The notes beneath the pieces were generated by a model. It had not been told where the DNA came from and ran no database searches. It saw only the letters and a program-made list of their open reading frames with translations. Position numbers and translations under genes: made by a program. A DNA stretch of 63,234 bases, the filler included, from an uncultured Thermoplasmatales archaeon (GTDB lineage Archaea > Thermoplasmatota > E2 > DHVEG-1), in NCBI GenBank assembly GCA_964517155.1. It is 3 parts of 3 records of this genome, joined end to end, with 100 filler letters (N's around TTAATTAATTAA, not from the genome) between each part and the next. Parts side by side here need not be neighbours in the genome. Positions count along the whole stretch, not along the records: positions 22,978 to 53,718 come from CAZFAZ010000019.1; 2 more parts are not named here. One strand, 5' to 3'. This document shows positions 37,880 to 48,886 of the stretch, piece after piece (position 1 is the stretch's first letter; each line of letters starts with the position of its first letter).

Positions 37880-38833
37880 TTATATTGTAATCTGAATTTC
37901 ACTTAACATCCTATTAATTATATTTGCAGGTGCATCTGAGAGTAATTTTTTATAACTTGATTCAGGTATAAGATTTGATTTACTAAGTTCTTCTGCATAA
38001 GAAACATGTTTTTTAATTTCATTTAGATAAAAATATTTGATTTTTTCTTGGTTTTTTGCAAACATTTTTCTAAATTCACGTTTTTTAATCATACCAATTT
38101 TTGGTTTATTTTCAAGTCTATTTAACAAAGGAATTATTACACTATCTATCATCTCACCGTTTGCAAGATCTACCAAATCATCTGCTAGTTGATATGCAAG
38201 ACCTATTTCCCGGCCATAATCTGAAAATACTTTGAGTATGTCACCTGCCATATCTGCTTCCATTGCACCTACTTTGCAGGCAGATGCAAAAAGACCTGCT
38301 GTTTTAAGATCTATTATTTTGTGATATGCCTCAAAGATTTGTTCTTTTGTTGAAGGATTTGACTTTGAGGCATTATTAAAATCAATCTCATCTATTTCTC
38401 CATTTACAACTTCGTTCCATGAATCAACATATAATTTTGCAATTTCTTTACTATGAGATAATGCTATATAAAAACCATGTACTAGCATTTTATGACCCAT
38501 AAGAAGTGCTTTTCCGATTCCTTCTTTTACATGAAACGCAGGTTTACCACGACGCATTACATCTTTATCAATTATATCATCATGAACAAGGCTTGCTCCA
38601 TGAGCAAGTTCGATACTAACTGAGGATTCAAGTGACTTGTGATATTTATACTCTGGCTCTATTCCGGTTGTACATGCTTTAAATGAAAGTTGTGCAAGAA
38701 TTGAGCGGAGTCTTTTACCGCCGTTTAAAACGTTTCTCATATTTTCATCAGGAATTTTATCATTTAATTCTTGTTCAATATGATTATAAGTTTCATGAAA
38801 AAATGATTCTAAGTTCAAAGCTTTGTTTTCCAT
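37880..38833 (-). CDS. Polyprenyl diphosphate synthase (GGPP synthase-like)
   Basis: GGKRLR, ASLVHDDIID..RRG, LKTA, GLAYQLADD. Confidence 0.9.
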   Translation of the reverse strand: MENKALNLESFFHETYNHIEQELNDKIPDENMRNVLNGGKRLRSILAQLSFKACTTGIEPEYKYHKSLESSVSIELAHGASLVHDDIIDKDVMRRGKPAFHVKEGIGKALLMGHKMLVHGFYIALSHSKEIAKLYVDSWNEVVNGEIDEIDFNNASKSNPSTKEQIFEAYHKIIDLKTAGLFASACKVGAMEADMAGDILKVFSDYGREIGLAYQLADDLVDLANGEMIDSVIIPLLNRLENKPKIGMIKKREFRKMFAKNQEKIKYFYLNEIKKHVSYAEELSKSNLIPESSYKKLLSDAPANIINRMLSEIQITI

Positions 38834-38990
38834 TTTGTTTATTCCCCCATTTGCTACAAAAATATGCATATTAGGAAATTTTGTACCTTATACTATTTGT
38901 AAGTTATAGGTTATAATATTTTTGTATATATATTAAATAGAACAAAACCTAAAGGATTATGGTTTTTAAACTTTTGCACGATGTAACAAA

Positions 38991-39593
38991 TCAGTTTTTT
39001 ATAAACGATTTAGCAATGATATATACCTCTGAGCTGCTCTTACGTGATGCCTGTGGATGATGATGTTTAACCATTTTAAACTTTGATTTGAGTTCATCGG
39101 TAAATTCTTTTAAATCCTCACCTTCAAAGGCTTTACAAACAAAATGTCCACCAGATTTTAGTAAAACTTCAGCAGTTTTAAGAGCTTGTTGGCAAAGAAA
39201 AATACTTTTAGCTTGATCTACACTATAGTTTCCTGAAATATCAGGTGACATATCAGAAATTACAACGTCTGCTTTTTTTGTATCAAGCAATTCTTCAATC
39301 TTTGTAATTGTTGAATCCTTTGTCATATCGTCTTTTAAGAAAATAGCACCTGTAATTGGTTGAACATGCAGAAGATCTATTCCAATTAATTGTCCTTCAC
39401 CGATTATCTCTTTTGCAACTTGGCTCCAGCCACCGGGTGATGCACCCAAATCTATTACAGAGTCACCCTGTTTTAAAATATTAAATTTTTTGTTTATTTG
39501 TTTTAGTTTAAAAGCAGAGCGAGCACGATAACCGGTTTTTTTTGCTTGTTTGTAGTAATGCTCATGTTTTTTTTCAGAATACCAGCGAGTCAT
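38991..39593 (-). CDS. rlmE: 23S rRNA 2'-O-methyltransferase RlmE/FtsJ
   Basis: YRARSAFKL, DLGASPGGWSQ, SDMSP, SRKSSSEVY. Confidence 0.95.
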   Translation of the reverse strand: MTRWYSEKKHEHYYKQAKKTGYRARSAFKLKQINKKFNILKQGDSVIDLGASPGGWSQVAKEIIGEGQLIGIDLLHVQPITGAIFLKDDMTKDSTITKIEELLDTKKADVVISDMSPDISGNYSVDQAKSIFLCQQALKTAEVLLKSGGHFVCKAFEGEDLKEFTDELKSKFKMVKHHHPQASRKSSSEVYIIAKSFIKN

Positions 39594-39618
39594 ATTAAAA
39601 AAAAGAAAAATTTTTGGA

Positions 39619-40569
39619 TTATAGAATTATATCTATATCCAAACGCTCCGCAAGTTCTTTGTAACGGTTTCTAATTGTAACTTCAGTGACACCTGCAACA
39701 TCTGCAACTTCACGTTGTGTCCTGCGTTCTCCGCATAGTATACTTGCTATGTAAATTGATGCGGCTGCAACTCCTGTTGGACCTCGACCGCTTGTAAGCT
39801 CTTTATCTGCTGCGTCTTTTAGTATTTCTATTGCTTTGGACTGTACGTCTCCTGATAGTTTTAGTTCACTGCAGAAACGACTTATGTAATCCTGTGGACT
39901 TGTAGGCATGAGTCTGAGTCCTAGTTCACGAGCAATAAATCTATAGGTTCTTCCTATTTCTTTACGAGATACTCTTGAAGCACCTGCAATTTCATCTAGT
40001 GTTCTTGGTACATTGCACTGTCTGCATGCTGCATATAGTGCTGCTGCTGAAACACCTTCGATACTGCGTCCTCTGATAAGATTTTTAAGAACTGCTTTAC
40101 GATATATCATTGCAGCTGTTTCACGAACGTTTCTAGGTAGACCCATTCCTGAGGCCATTCTATCTAGTTCTGAAAGTGCAAATGCTAGGTTTCTCTCTGT
40201 TGCATCAGATATCCTGATACGTCTCTGCCATTTTCTTAAACGATAAAGCTGTGCACGATTTCTTGTTGGAATTGATTTACCATATGAATCACGATTTTTC
40301 CAGCCTATCATAGTTGATAGACCTTTATCATGAATAGTATAAGTCATTGGTGCACCAACACGTGCACGTTTTTCTCTTTGATCTGAATCAAAAGCACGCC
40401 ATTCAGGCCCATGGTCGATAAAATCTTCATCTATTACAAGACCGCAATCTTCGCAGACTAGTTCCGCTCTGGAATAATCCTTAGTAAGATGTGTACTTCC
40501 GCATTGCGGGCAACGCGTTATTTCTTCAATGCTTGGTTTTTCTTTCTTTTTTCTTTCACTTGGCATCAT
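39619..40569 (-). CDS. tfb: Transcription initiation factor IIB
   Basis: Zn ribbon CPQC..CEDC, GPEWRAF, two cyclin repeats, [12 protein letters not shown]. Confidence 0.98.
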   Translation of the reverse strand: MMPSERKKKEKPSIEEITRCPQCGSTHLTKDYSRAELVCEDCGLVIDEDFIDHGPEWRAFDSDQREKRARVGAPMTYTIHDKGLSTMIGWKNRDSYGKSIPTRNRAQLYRLRKWQRRIRISDATERNLAFALSELDRMASGMGLPRNVRETAAMIYRKAVLKNLIRGRSIEGVSAAALYAACRQCNVPRTLDEIAGASRVSRKEIGRTYRFIARELGLRLMPTSPQDYISRFCSELKLSGDVQSKAIEILKDAADKELTSGRGPTGVAAASIYIASILCGERRTQREVADVAGVTEVTIRNRYKELAERLDIDIIL

Positions 40570-40790
40570 ATTTTATATATTCCCCCAAATTCAATATATT
40601 TAAAATTTATGCAATACGCTTTTATCCCACATGATAGAACTTATATTTAAAATTTACTTTTGTTCTTCCTTTTAATTTGGATTAGATTTTTGGGTAATGT
40701 GGGCTTTGGGTTCTGTTAAATACTCCGGTGTTTAATCTACGGTGTTGAATTTACGGTTTTTAGAATTAAAACTTAGTTGTGTATTTGGTT

Positions 40791-41241
40791 TTATGGAATA
40801 TCTATTGAAGGATCAATTTCATGAGCTTTTTCATATGCTTCTACTGCTTCATCATGCCTATCTAATTTATCTAAAACAACACCCTTGTTATACCATGCAT
40901 GAGCATCTTGAGGGTTTATATTAGTTGCATTATTGTATGCATTTAAAGAGTTTTCATATTCTCCTAACAGATCGTATATAGCCCCAAATATTTAACCAAA
41001 TATCTGATTCAAGTGGATTTATTTTAGTAGCATTTAAAAATGAATATAGTGCATCTTCAGTTCTTCCTAAGAAAAAAAAGAGAACAGTACCCCTATTGCC
41101 CCAAGCTGCTTCACTTTGTGGATTTAGCATTGTGGCGTTATCTAACGCATTTAGAGCATCTTGATATTTACCCAAACAAATTAATGCACTTCCTTTATTT
41201 ATCCAGGCATCAACAAATCGGGAATCGATTTTTTTTTGCAA
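40791..41241 (-). pseudogene. Frameshifted TPR-repeat gene remnant
   Basis: TPR units in the 41241 ORF continue in another frame after about 40985 (GAIYDLLGEYENSLNAYNNATNINPQDAHAWYNKGVVL...DIP*); N-terminus appears missing. Confidence 0.75.
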
Positions 41242-41386
41242 TTATTCCTTTATTTTACTGTTTATTTATATACGTTTTGAAAGGGCTGTTGGAATTATTA
41301 AAGTATACTCCATTAAGATAATTATATTAATATAATAGCAAAAGTTATAAATGATAAAATGCAATATATAACTGCGGTGTCAACTT

Positions 41387-44300
41387 ATGAATATGAAGAA
41401 AGCTACTATATTTAAAAGAACTTTGATAATTTTGACAGTTTTTTTAATGTTAACTGTCTCTGTTGTAAACCCTGTTTTAGGTGACAAAACAGTAAAAACG
41501 AAAGATGGATTTACAAAAGGAGTATCACATTTGCCAGTAAAACCTGTAGAAAAAGTTACAATGGTAAATTATGATGAAAACTCTTTTTTGGATGACTATG
41601 CATATTTAGCATCTGTTCCAACAGCTATTTTCAAATATGATGATAAACTAATATCACATCCTGTAGTATACTACCAAGATGAAATCGATATAGAAGAGGA
41701 AAACAAGAGCAGCCTTAACGCAAGACAAGGTCTTGATTACTTCATGGAAGATTGGATGAGTTACTGCAACAATAAAATGGATAAGGCAACACTAATAAAT
41801 GTTGATAAAAGTGAAATTGACTCAAGTTGGAATGCAAATGAATACAAAGAAATACAAAGCGATGACATTTATGAACTTTCAAGTGAGCTAGCACTTGACG
41901 AATGGTCATATGCAGACAATGCAGTAATCGCAGTATCAGATCAAGATGTTGATGATGAAACAAGATTTATCAATGGGAGCTTGGAAGGGGCTCTTAGCGC
42001 AAAAAATATCTTAGTGGAGACTTTTGATATAAACCAAGTAAACATTATTACTCCAGTATTCAAAGATTTTGAAGTACCACAAGGATACAAATATCTAAAA
42101 GCACGTCTTTGGTGGCCTTGCTATTATTTTGCATTAAATATTCCTGGATTTTTTAATGCAGTAAACGTTAGCATTCCACCAGGCGATCCAAACCTTGAAT
42201 TGTTCTGCCAATACGAAGATAAATGGATGCAGGTAGCAGCTACCCTTGGATGGAACCCGAAATCAGGAATGGATGTAGATTATACCGCGTCATATATTTA
42301 TAATCCTGGCCCATGGAGAGTTTCGATGACTGATGTCCCAACACATGAGTTAGATGAAATTGAGGAGCAGAAACACAAAAACATTGGAATGTTTGCCTTT
42401 GGAAGATATGGCACCATCTTAGAAGCTACAAAAAACCTCAAGGATGTAAAATACAAAATCGATATAACAATGTTTCCTGGTGTAGAATTAGATTTAGAAG
42501 ACAAACCAATGTATGGTTGTACCGATGCTGATTTCAAACTCACGTGGGACAATCCTGATGCAAATCTTGGTTTTTCAATAATTGGACCTGCTGGAGAAGA
42601 AGTATTTTCAGTATCGGAAGAAACAGATAATGGCGAACAAGAAATGTATCTCGAAGGCTTAGGCGAATGCCTTGAAGATGAAAATTACAAAATATGTGTT
42701 TTTTCAATGAATGATATGTCAAGTCCAGTTGATTTTGAAATAGAATATACTTTGAGACACAATCTCTCAGAAGATACAGGAAACTCATTGACATCTGCAA
42801 CAGAGGGAGCTATTCTTGGAAGCGTTCTTAATGCACCTATGCTTTATACATCCTCAAAAGAACTTACAAGCTCTACAAAAGATGCACTTTACAAATTAGG
42901 TGTAGAACATATTTATATTGTAGATATCGGCGCTCGTTTGAAAAAAGACGCACTAGATGAAATACAAGAGATTGCTGATGTAGAAAAGCGTTACACAAAA
43001 CTCGAAGACGTTTATAACAAGATACGAGAAGAAACAGATAGCAATGATGTTATTTTTTCAACTCTTGATCCTTGGAGTTATTGGTATGTCGATGAGAAAA
43101 AACCTCATGGCGAGTACCCTGGTGCTTTACATATAGGACCTGCTGCATATATTGCAGCACATCATGGAAGCCCAGTACTTATAGTAGATAATCATCCAGA
43201 ATTATCATCAGCAATAAGATATCACACTGAGTTTTGGAATCGTATGGCAAGTAGACCTGCTTCTCCGAAAGGTCTTCCTTCGGTAGCAGAGATGCACATA
43301 ACAGGAACAAGAGTATATGATTTCTTAGATAAATACGGCTTTGATGAAGAAGGCGAAGAAATGATGATCACAGTTGCAGGTCAGTATGACATTGGTGCAT
43401 CATGGGATCGTACTTTCTTTGGCAAAGCAGTTCCAGGACGATTTTTAGGATCTCCCGTTGATACCGCTTATTGGATTTCAAGAAGTGTATTTTATCCAGC
43501 ATTAATCTTTGTGAATCCTGCGACAAATCCCGATGGAATAGAGCTTATAAACGGCAGTGAAAGTGTTAGAAAATTCCCATACTGGAGCAAGCTTGGACTT
43601 AGAATAACAAAAGATTCAGGACCAGAAAGATTCGAGTATCCTGTACTTCACACATACCTTACATATAATCATAGATTCAATGAAAGAGCAAGTGATTATT
43701 GGGGATGGAAATATACCTGTGCAGATGGGCAGATCCCTGGCGAGTCACCCTCTTTTGAAGCAATTGACCGCGGTGTTAACCTGAAATACTACGGACAAGA
43801 AGGAGCATATTACGCTGATTTTACAGATAGTGAGACAATACCACTATACGCTGGTAGAGCAGGTTATGGAAATGTGTTTTCAACTAATACTGATGCTGTT
43901 TTTGAGAACATAAACAAGGGTGTTATGATGTGGATGGGTACTGCTCATGGGGGCGGTGCAAAAAATGGAGGAAGCATAAAAACCTGGAATCCAGACAGCC
44001 CACTTGTTTTTGAAGAAAATCCATGGCGCGGATATGAATGGTACCTTGGTTCAACTGTAGAGCCTGATACTATGAGTATTGAAAACTATGGGATTATTCC
44101 AATGATATTTGGAAACCCTACGGGCAAAGGACTTACAGGACATGGATTTTTCAGAACAAATCTTGATTATGGTCTTGCTAAAAAACCAGTACTAGATGGT
44201 ATTTCTAAGCTTGCTAACTTACCACTTATTAAAATAGTTGCACCTGAATGGTTGAAAAACTCACAGGATTACTATGATGGAGTTGTAGGAAGCACACTAG

Positions 44301-44884
44301 TAGGTATTTTACATCAAGGGACAATGACTGCATATGAACTTGATGATAGATTAGAGAACGTTCATTCTGCAGGGTTTGTCAACGGATGCTGCCTGCTTGC
44401 AACAAAGTATTTCCACATGTCACTCATCAGACATGGTTTTGTTTTCCAAGTATTTGACCCATGGCCAACCTCTTGGTTTACATCATGGCAATCGGATATA
44501 CCACGTAACCTTGCACTTGGTGATACAATTGGTGAGGCTTTCGTAAAAGGGATATCACATGTTGGAATACTATACTTAACAGGACAATGGTGGGCAGATA
44601 TAAAACAAAATGTATGCTACTATGGAGATCCTGCTCTAAGACCACTCGTACCTGGAACTGATTACAGTACTGAAAACTACTGGGAAAAAGATGAAACAGA
44701 GCCTCTATCCTTCAGCGAAGATGTATCATTTGACGGTCATATGCCATTTGGTGCAACAGAATATCCAAATGAAAGAGAACCAAAGACACTATTCGAACAA
44801 CACCTGGTCTTAATTGTGGTAATTATCTTAATTGCCGTAATAATGATTGCATTGATCATGACAAGAAAGAAATCTAAAAAATAA
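41387..44884 (+). CDS. Large secreted, C-terminally anchored protein with CWB2-like segments and a possible C25 (gingipain-like) domain
   Basis: Signal peptide; GAILGSVLNAPMLYT and AAYIAAHHGSPVLI segments; TAHG...NGCC...YYGDP; TM plus basic tail. Confidence 0.6.
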   Translation: MNMKKATIFKRTLIILTVFLMLTVSVVNPVLGDKTVKTKDGFTKGVSHLPVKPVEKVTMVNYDENSFLDDYAYLASVPTAIFKYDDKLISHPVVYYQDEIDIEEENKSSLNARQGLDYFMEDWMSYCNNKMDKATLINVDKSEIDSSWNANEYKEIQSDDIYELSSELALDEWSYADNAVIAVSDQDVDDETRFINGSLEGALSAKNILVETFDINQVNIITPVFKDFEVPQGYKYLKARLWWPCYYFALNIPGFFNAVNVSIPPGDPNLELFCQYEDKWMQVAATLGWNPKSGMDVDYTASYIYNPGPWRVSMTDVPTHELDEIEEQKHKNIGMFAFGRYGTILEATKNLKDVKYKIDITMFPGVELDLEDKPMYGCTDADFKLTWDNPDANLGFSIIGPAGEEVFSVSEETDNGEQEMYLEGLGECLEDENYKICVFSMNDMSSPVDFEIEYTLRHNLSEDTGNSLTSATEGAILGSVLNAPMLYTSSKELTSSTKDALYKLGVEHIYIVDIGARLKKDALDEIQEIADVEKRYTKLEDVYNKIREETDSNDVIFSTLDPWSYWYVDEKKPHGEYPGALHIGPAAYIAAHHGSPVLIVDNHPELSSAIRYHTEFWNRMASRPASPKGLPSVAEMHITGTRVYDFLDKYGFDEEGEEMMITVAGQYDIGASWDRTFFGKAVPGRFLGSPVDTAYWISRSVFYPALIFVNPATNPDGIELINGSESVRKFPYWSKLGLRITKDSGPERFEYPVLHTYLTYNHRFNERASDYWGWKYTCADGQIPGESPSFEAIDRGVNLKYYGQEGAYYADFTDSETIPLYAGRAGYGNVFSTNTDAVFENINKGVMMWMGTAHGGGAKNGGSIKTWNPDSPLVFEENPWRGYEWYLGSTVEPDTMSIENYGIIPMIFGNPTGKGLTGHGFFRTNLDYGLAKKPVLDGISKLANLPLIKIVAPEWLKNSQDYYDGVVGSTLVGILHQGTMTAYELDDRLENVHSAGFVNGCCLLATKYFHMSLIRHGFVFQVFDPWPTSWFTSWQSDIPRNLALGDTIGEAFVKGISHVGILYLTGQWWADIKQNVCYYGDPALRPLVPGTDYSTENYWEKDETEPLSFSEDVSFDGHMPFGATEYPNEREPKTLFEQHLVLIVVIILIAVIMIALIMTRKKSKK

Positions 44885-45037
44885 TTTCTTTTCTTTTTTC
44901 TTTTCATAAATTCATCTGCTAGATTAAAGATTGATAAGAGCAGTATAGAAAAATATATATCTAATAATATAAGTCTATCTTATGCATCTTCTTGTAAACT
45001 TGGAAGTAAAACAAATTATTGTGGGACCGAATCTAGA

Positions 45038-45364
45038 ATGGTTTTACTTGATTCAGATGGGGAAATTTACCCTTGTATAAATCACCATTTGCCAGAGTTT
45101 AAAGCAGGAACTATTAGAGAAAAATCTTTTTCTGAGACATGGGCAGAATCACCAATTCTAAAAAATATCCGAGAGGTTTATCCAAACGAAAATAGAAATA
45201 AAAAATGTGCTAATTGTGTTGTTAGACATTGGTGTCTTGGTGGATGTCATGGAGAGACATATCAAGTTACAAATTCAATGAATTCTTGTGCAATAGATTG
45301 TGAAGATATTAAAAAATCAGTCATTGAAATGTTTTGGCTATTGGCCGGACAAACAAGTTATTGA
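45038..45364 (+). pseudogene. Isolated SPASM domain (remnant of a radical SAM/SPASM gene)
   Basis: Upstream in-frame YCG, then DSDGEIYPC...CANC....WCLGGC...C; no CxxxCxxC core. Confidence 0.7.
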
Positions 45365-45483
45365 AAATTATAAAAAGAAAAAATCATAATTTACCAACAC
45401 AAAAACACCAGAACGTTTACTAAAAAATAATAAATATATGTTTTTTATTAACCCCCATATACATACTACATGGGGTATAAATT

Positions 45484-45798
45484 ATGAGTTTTACTATTCC
45501 ACCAGAACCAACGGCATTAAAACAACAATCAAATGAAGAAGAAAACAAAAAATGGGATATAGATACACTTACAGTATGGTTTGGAAACAAACTACCAAGC
45601 TACCTATGGAAAAAAGGAGGATGGAGCAAACCTCTAAAAGCCATGGGATACAACTGGCAAAGTTTCCTAAAAATATTATCACTACATAAAAAAGAAATGA
45701 TAAAATGGTCAAGAAACAAAATATCCTGGAAAGAACTCCTCTCAAAAATAGAAGAAACAATTAAAGACCCTGTTTTCAAACAGATACTAACAGGATAA
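45484..45798 (+). CDS. Hypothetical protein
   Basis: 104-aa ORF just upstream of the radical SAM gene on the same strand; WFGNKLPSYLW, WQSFLK. Confidence 0.7.
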   Translation: MSFTIPPEPTALKQQSNEEENKKWDIDTLTVWFGNKLPSYLWKKGGWSKPLKAMGYNWQSFLKILSLHKKEMIKWSRNKISWKELLSKIEETIKDPVFKQILTG

Positions 45799-45815
45799 AA
45801 CTAAGAGGAAAAACC

Positions 45816-47459
45816 ATGGACAACAATGAAAACTCTGACGGAATAAAAATCGTTCTTGCCGCATCCAGAGCAGAAGCAAATGAATACAACAACAATCCTT
45901 TTTCAGCATTTATATGTACTTTTCCAAAAAAACTATCAGGTTACGCACTAAATGAACACCTTGAAAATATGCAGAGTAACCCTGACGGGACTGCAAAAAG
46001 AACTATATATGGACTGCGAAAAGTAGAATCGATGCTAATAGATGAATTTGGAGAAGAAAACGTAAAAGTAGCCCATTACGACCAACTTCATAAATTCATC
46101 GGCAAAAAAACAAAAATCGTTGGAATTTCAACAATGGATCCTATGGGTCTTGCATACGTATCAACAACATACAACTCATTAATCGGATTTGGAGGAGAAT
46201 CATTAAACGCCTCAGAATTTGAAAAACTACTAACTCATCCATCAATAAAAAAATACAGACCAAAAGTATTAGTAGGCGGACAAGGCAGCTGGCAGATTGC
46301 AGAAGCAAAAGCCCAAGAAAAACTAGGCATCGATGTAATCTTTCAGGGAGAAGGAGAAAAAGATCTGGTAAACATATTCAAAAAAATTTTAAATAATGAA
46401 AAAGTTCCAAGCTATTTTGAAGCACAAAAACCAGAAGGAAGCACAGTTCCTCTGATAAAAAATGCTGCAAGCTATGGAATGGTAGAAATAATGCGTGGAT
46501 GCGGAAGGGGATGCCATTTCTGCAGCCCTACAATGCGTACCCGCCATAGTTTTCCAATTGAACATATAATGAAAGAAGTAAAAGTAAACATAAAAAGCGG
46601 AGTAAAAAGCATTTTTACTGTAACCGAAGATATTTTCTTATACAAATGTAAAGAAAATTTTATACCAAACACACCTGAAGTTGTAAAACTTTACAAAACA
46701 ATTGCAAAATATCCTGATGTAGAACATATATTATTATCACATGCAAGTTTTGCACCAGTACTTTATGACAAAAAACTCTTAGAAGAACTAACGCCAATTT
46801 TAATTGAAAAAACTAAATGGAATCCAAAAACTAGTAAAACATACAAAAAACCATTCATATCAGTTGAAATGGGTATTGAATCAGGTAGTGTACGTTTAAT
46901 GAAAAAACACATGAAAGGAAAAGCACTACCCTATAGTGTTGATAAATGGCCTGAAATAGTATTAGAAGCAGTAGGTGCTTTAAATGATCACGACTGGTGG
47001 CCTCTATGTACCATTATGACGGGTCAACCTGATGAAACAGAAAAAGATGTAATTGCAACAATAAATCTGATAGATGATTTACGTGCACATAACGCAAAAA
47101 TGTTTTACACACCGGTACTTTTTATCCCTTTGAAAGAAGCAGTCCTTAAAAATAGCCGAAGAGCAAGTTTGAATACTCTAACAGAGCTGCAATGGGAAAT
47201 TATTGCAAAATGTTGGAAAAACAATATTGATTTCTGGGCACCTGAAATGCAAAAATTCATATCACCAATTTTCTTTTTTGGACATTGGTTTTACGCTCGT
47301 TGGAAACATGGTAAAAATCTGACTCGTCCTGCTATGAAACTAGTTGGTTTTCCAATAGCAAGTAAAACTGATAAACCCTGTAATCCAGGATATTGCCAGA
47401 AACAAGATTCAAATGGATTTAAAGATATGTTTGAACAAGTAAAAGAAAGGTTTTTTTAA
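45816..47459 (+). CDS. B12-binding-type radical SAM protein
   Basis: YGLRKVE, VGISTMDPMG, RGCGRGCHFC, GIESGS. Confidence 0.9.
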   Translation: MDNNENSDGIKIVLAASRAEANEYNNNPFSAFICTFPKKLSGYALNEHLENMQSNPDGTAKRTIYGLRKVESMLIDEFGEENVKVAHYDQLHKFIGKKTKIVGISTMDPMGLAYVSTTYNSLIGFGGESLNASEFEKLLTHPSIKKYRPKVLVGGQGSWQIAEAKAQEKLGIDVIFQGEGEKDLVNIFKKILNNEKVPSYFEAQKPEGSTVPLIKNAASYGMVEIMRGCGRGCHFCSPTMRTRHSFPIEHIMKEVKVNIKSGVKSIFTVTEDIFLYKCKENFIPNTPEVVKLYKTIAKYPDVEHILLSHASFAPVLYDKKLLEELTPILIEKTKWNPKTSKTYKKPFISVEMGIESGSVRLMKKHMKGKALPYSVDKWPEIVLEAVGALNDHDWWPLCTIMTGQPDETEKDVIATINLIDDLRAHNAKMFYTPVLFIPLKEAVLKNSRRASLNTLTELQWEIIAKCWKNNIDFWAPEMQKFISPIFFFGHWFYARWKHGKNLTRPAMKLVGFPIASKTDKPCNPGYCQKQDSNGFKDMFEQVKERFF

Positions 47460-48817
47460 TTTTTGAAAAATGCACTATATGCAAGATACGCTGAATAAAT
47501 ATCGACTTTACTAGTAATCTCATAAGGTGCATGCATACTCATCACAGCAGGACCCAAATCTATTACTTCCATACCCAGCCTTGAAAAGTATTTTGCAACT
47601 GTTCCACCACCGCCGTTGTCAACTTTACCAAGTTCTGCAGTCTGCCAGGGTATATTATTTTTATTTAGCATACCTCTGATTTCAGCAACATATTCAGCGC
47701 TTGCATCATTAGCAGAATATTTACCTCCATGACCTGTAAATTTACTCATAACAACACCATAACCAAGAGTTGATGCGTTTTTAAGCTCAAAAACCTCAGT
47801 ATAATTTGGGGTGACTGCAGCATTTACATCAGCAGAAATAACTTTGCTTTTAAGCATGACGCTATCTACGTCGACCTTTGAATCAAGTTGTCTGATAATT
47901 GAGCGTAAAAATGTTGCAACTTGCGCTGTAGTATTGCCTTCACTGCCAATTTCTTCTTTATCAACAAAAAGTGCAATACAAGTATATTCAGGTTTTTCTA
48001 AATCTAAAGCCGCCTGAAGAGAACTATAAGCACAAGACCTATCATCTTGACCATATGCTACAACCATTGAACGGTCGAAACCTAAATCCCTTGATTTAAA
48101 AGCAGGTACTGCTTCAAGCTCAGCTGATACAAAATCTTCTTCGACAATTCCATAATCTTTGTATAATTTATCTATTATTGCAGTTTTAATTTTATCAGAA
48201 TAATCTCCTTTTGCAGGTTCGCTGCCAACTATTATATCAAGGCTTTCACCAGTTATTGCTTCATCAAGCTTTTTATTATCTTGAACCTTGTGAGAAAGAT
48301 GAGGGAGCAAGTCAGGTACTGCAAAAACAGGATCTGTTTCTTTTTCACCGAGGTTAAACTCTATTTTTTTACCCTGTTTTGTGATGACAACACCGTGAAG
48401 TGCTAGAGGTATTACAACCCATTGGAATTTTTTAATACCTCCATAATAATGTGTTTCAAAAAGTGCACAGTTACAGGAAGATTCTTCATAGAGAGGCACT
48501 TGTTTAAGATCGAGACGAGGAGAATCTACATGCGAAATAACTATTCTAAGGCCGTCTAAAATAGGTTTTTTTCCAGGTATTACTATTGCTGCTTCTTTAT
48601 CTTTATTTACAAAAATTTTTTTCTTTGCTTTTTTAGCAGTATTTTCTATAAAAATTATTGCTTCACGCTCTGTTTTTGCAATATCTAAAAATTTTTTGTA
48701 TTCTTCAGAGAAAGTAAATGCTTTTTTTATTTGTTCTTTTGAAAGTATTTCCCAAGCTGATTTTTTCTTATAAGCATATTTGCTTTCTTTGTCTTCTTTT
48801 TTCTTTTCTTTTACCAT
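47456..48817 (-). CDS. M18 family aminopeptidase
   Basis: HVDSPRLDLK, HYYGGIKK, GQDDR, DKEEIGS, SMHAPYE. Confidence 0.93.
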   Translation of the reverse strand: MVKEKKKEDKESKYAYKKKSAWEILSKEQIKKAFTFSEEYKKFLDIAKTEREAIIFIENTAKKAKKKIFVNKDKEAAIVIPGKKPILDGLRIVISHVDSPRLDLKQVPLYEESSCNCALFETHYYGGIKKFQWVVIPLALHGVVITKQGKKIEFNLGEKETDPVFAVPDLLPHLSHKVQDNKKLDEAITGESLDIIVGSEPAKGDYSDKIKTAIIDKLYKDYGIVEEDFVSAELEAVPAFKSRDLGFDRSMVVAYGQDDRSCAYSSLQAALDLEKPEYTCIALFVDKEEIGSEGNTTAQVATFLRSIIRQLDSKVDVDSVMLKSKVISADVNAAVTPNYTEVFELKNASTLGYGVVMSKFTGHGGKYSANDASAEYVAEIRGMLNKNNIPWQTAELGKVDNGGGGTVAKYFSRLGMEVIDLGPAVMSMHAPYEITSKVDIYSAYLAYSAFFKN

Positions 48818-48886
48818 AAAGATTCTTCCTTAAAATAATGTGATATAAAATCTAAATAAAAAGATAACTAAGAAAAAAAGAAAAAA

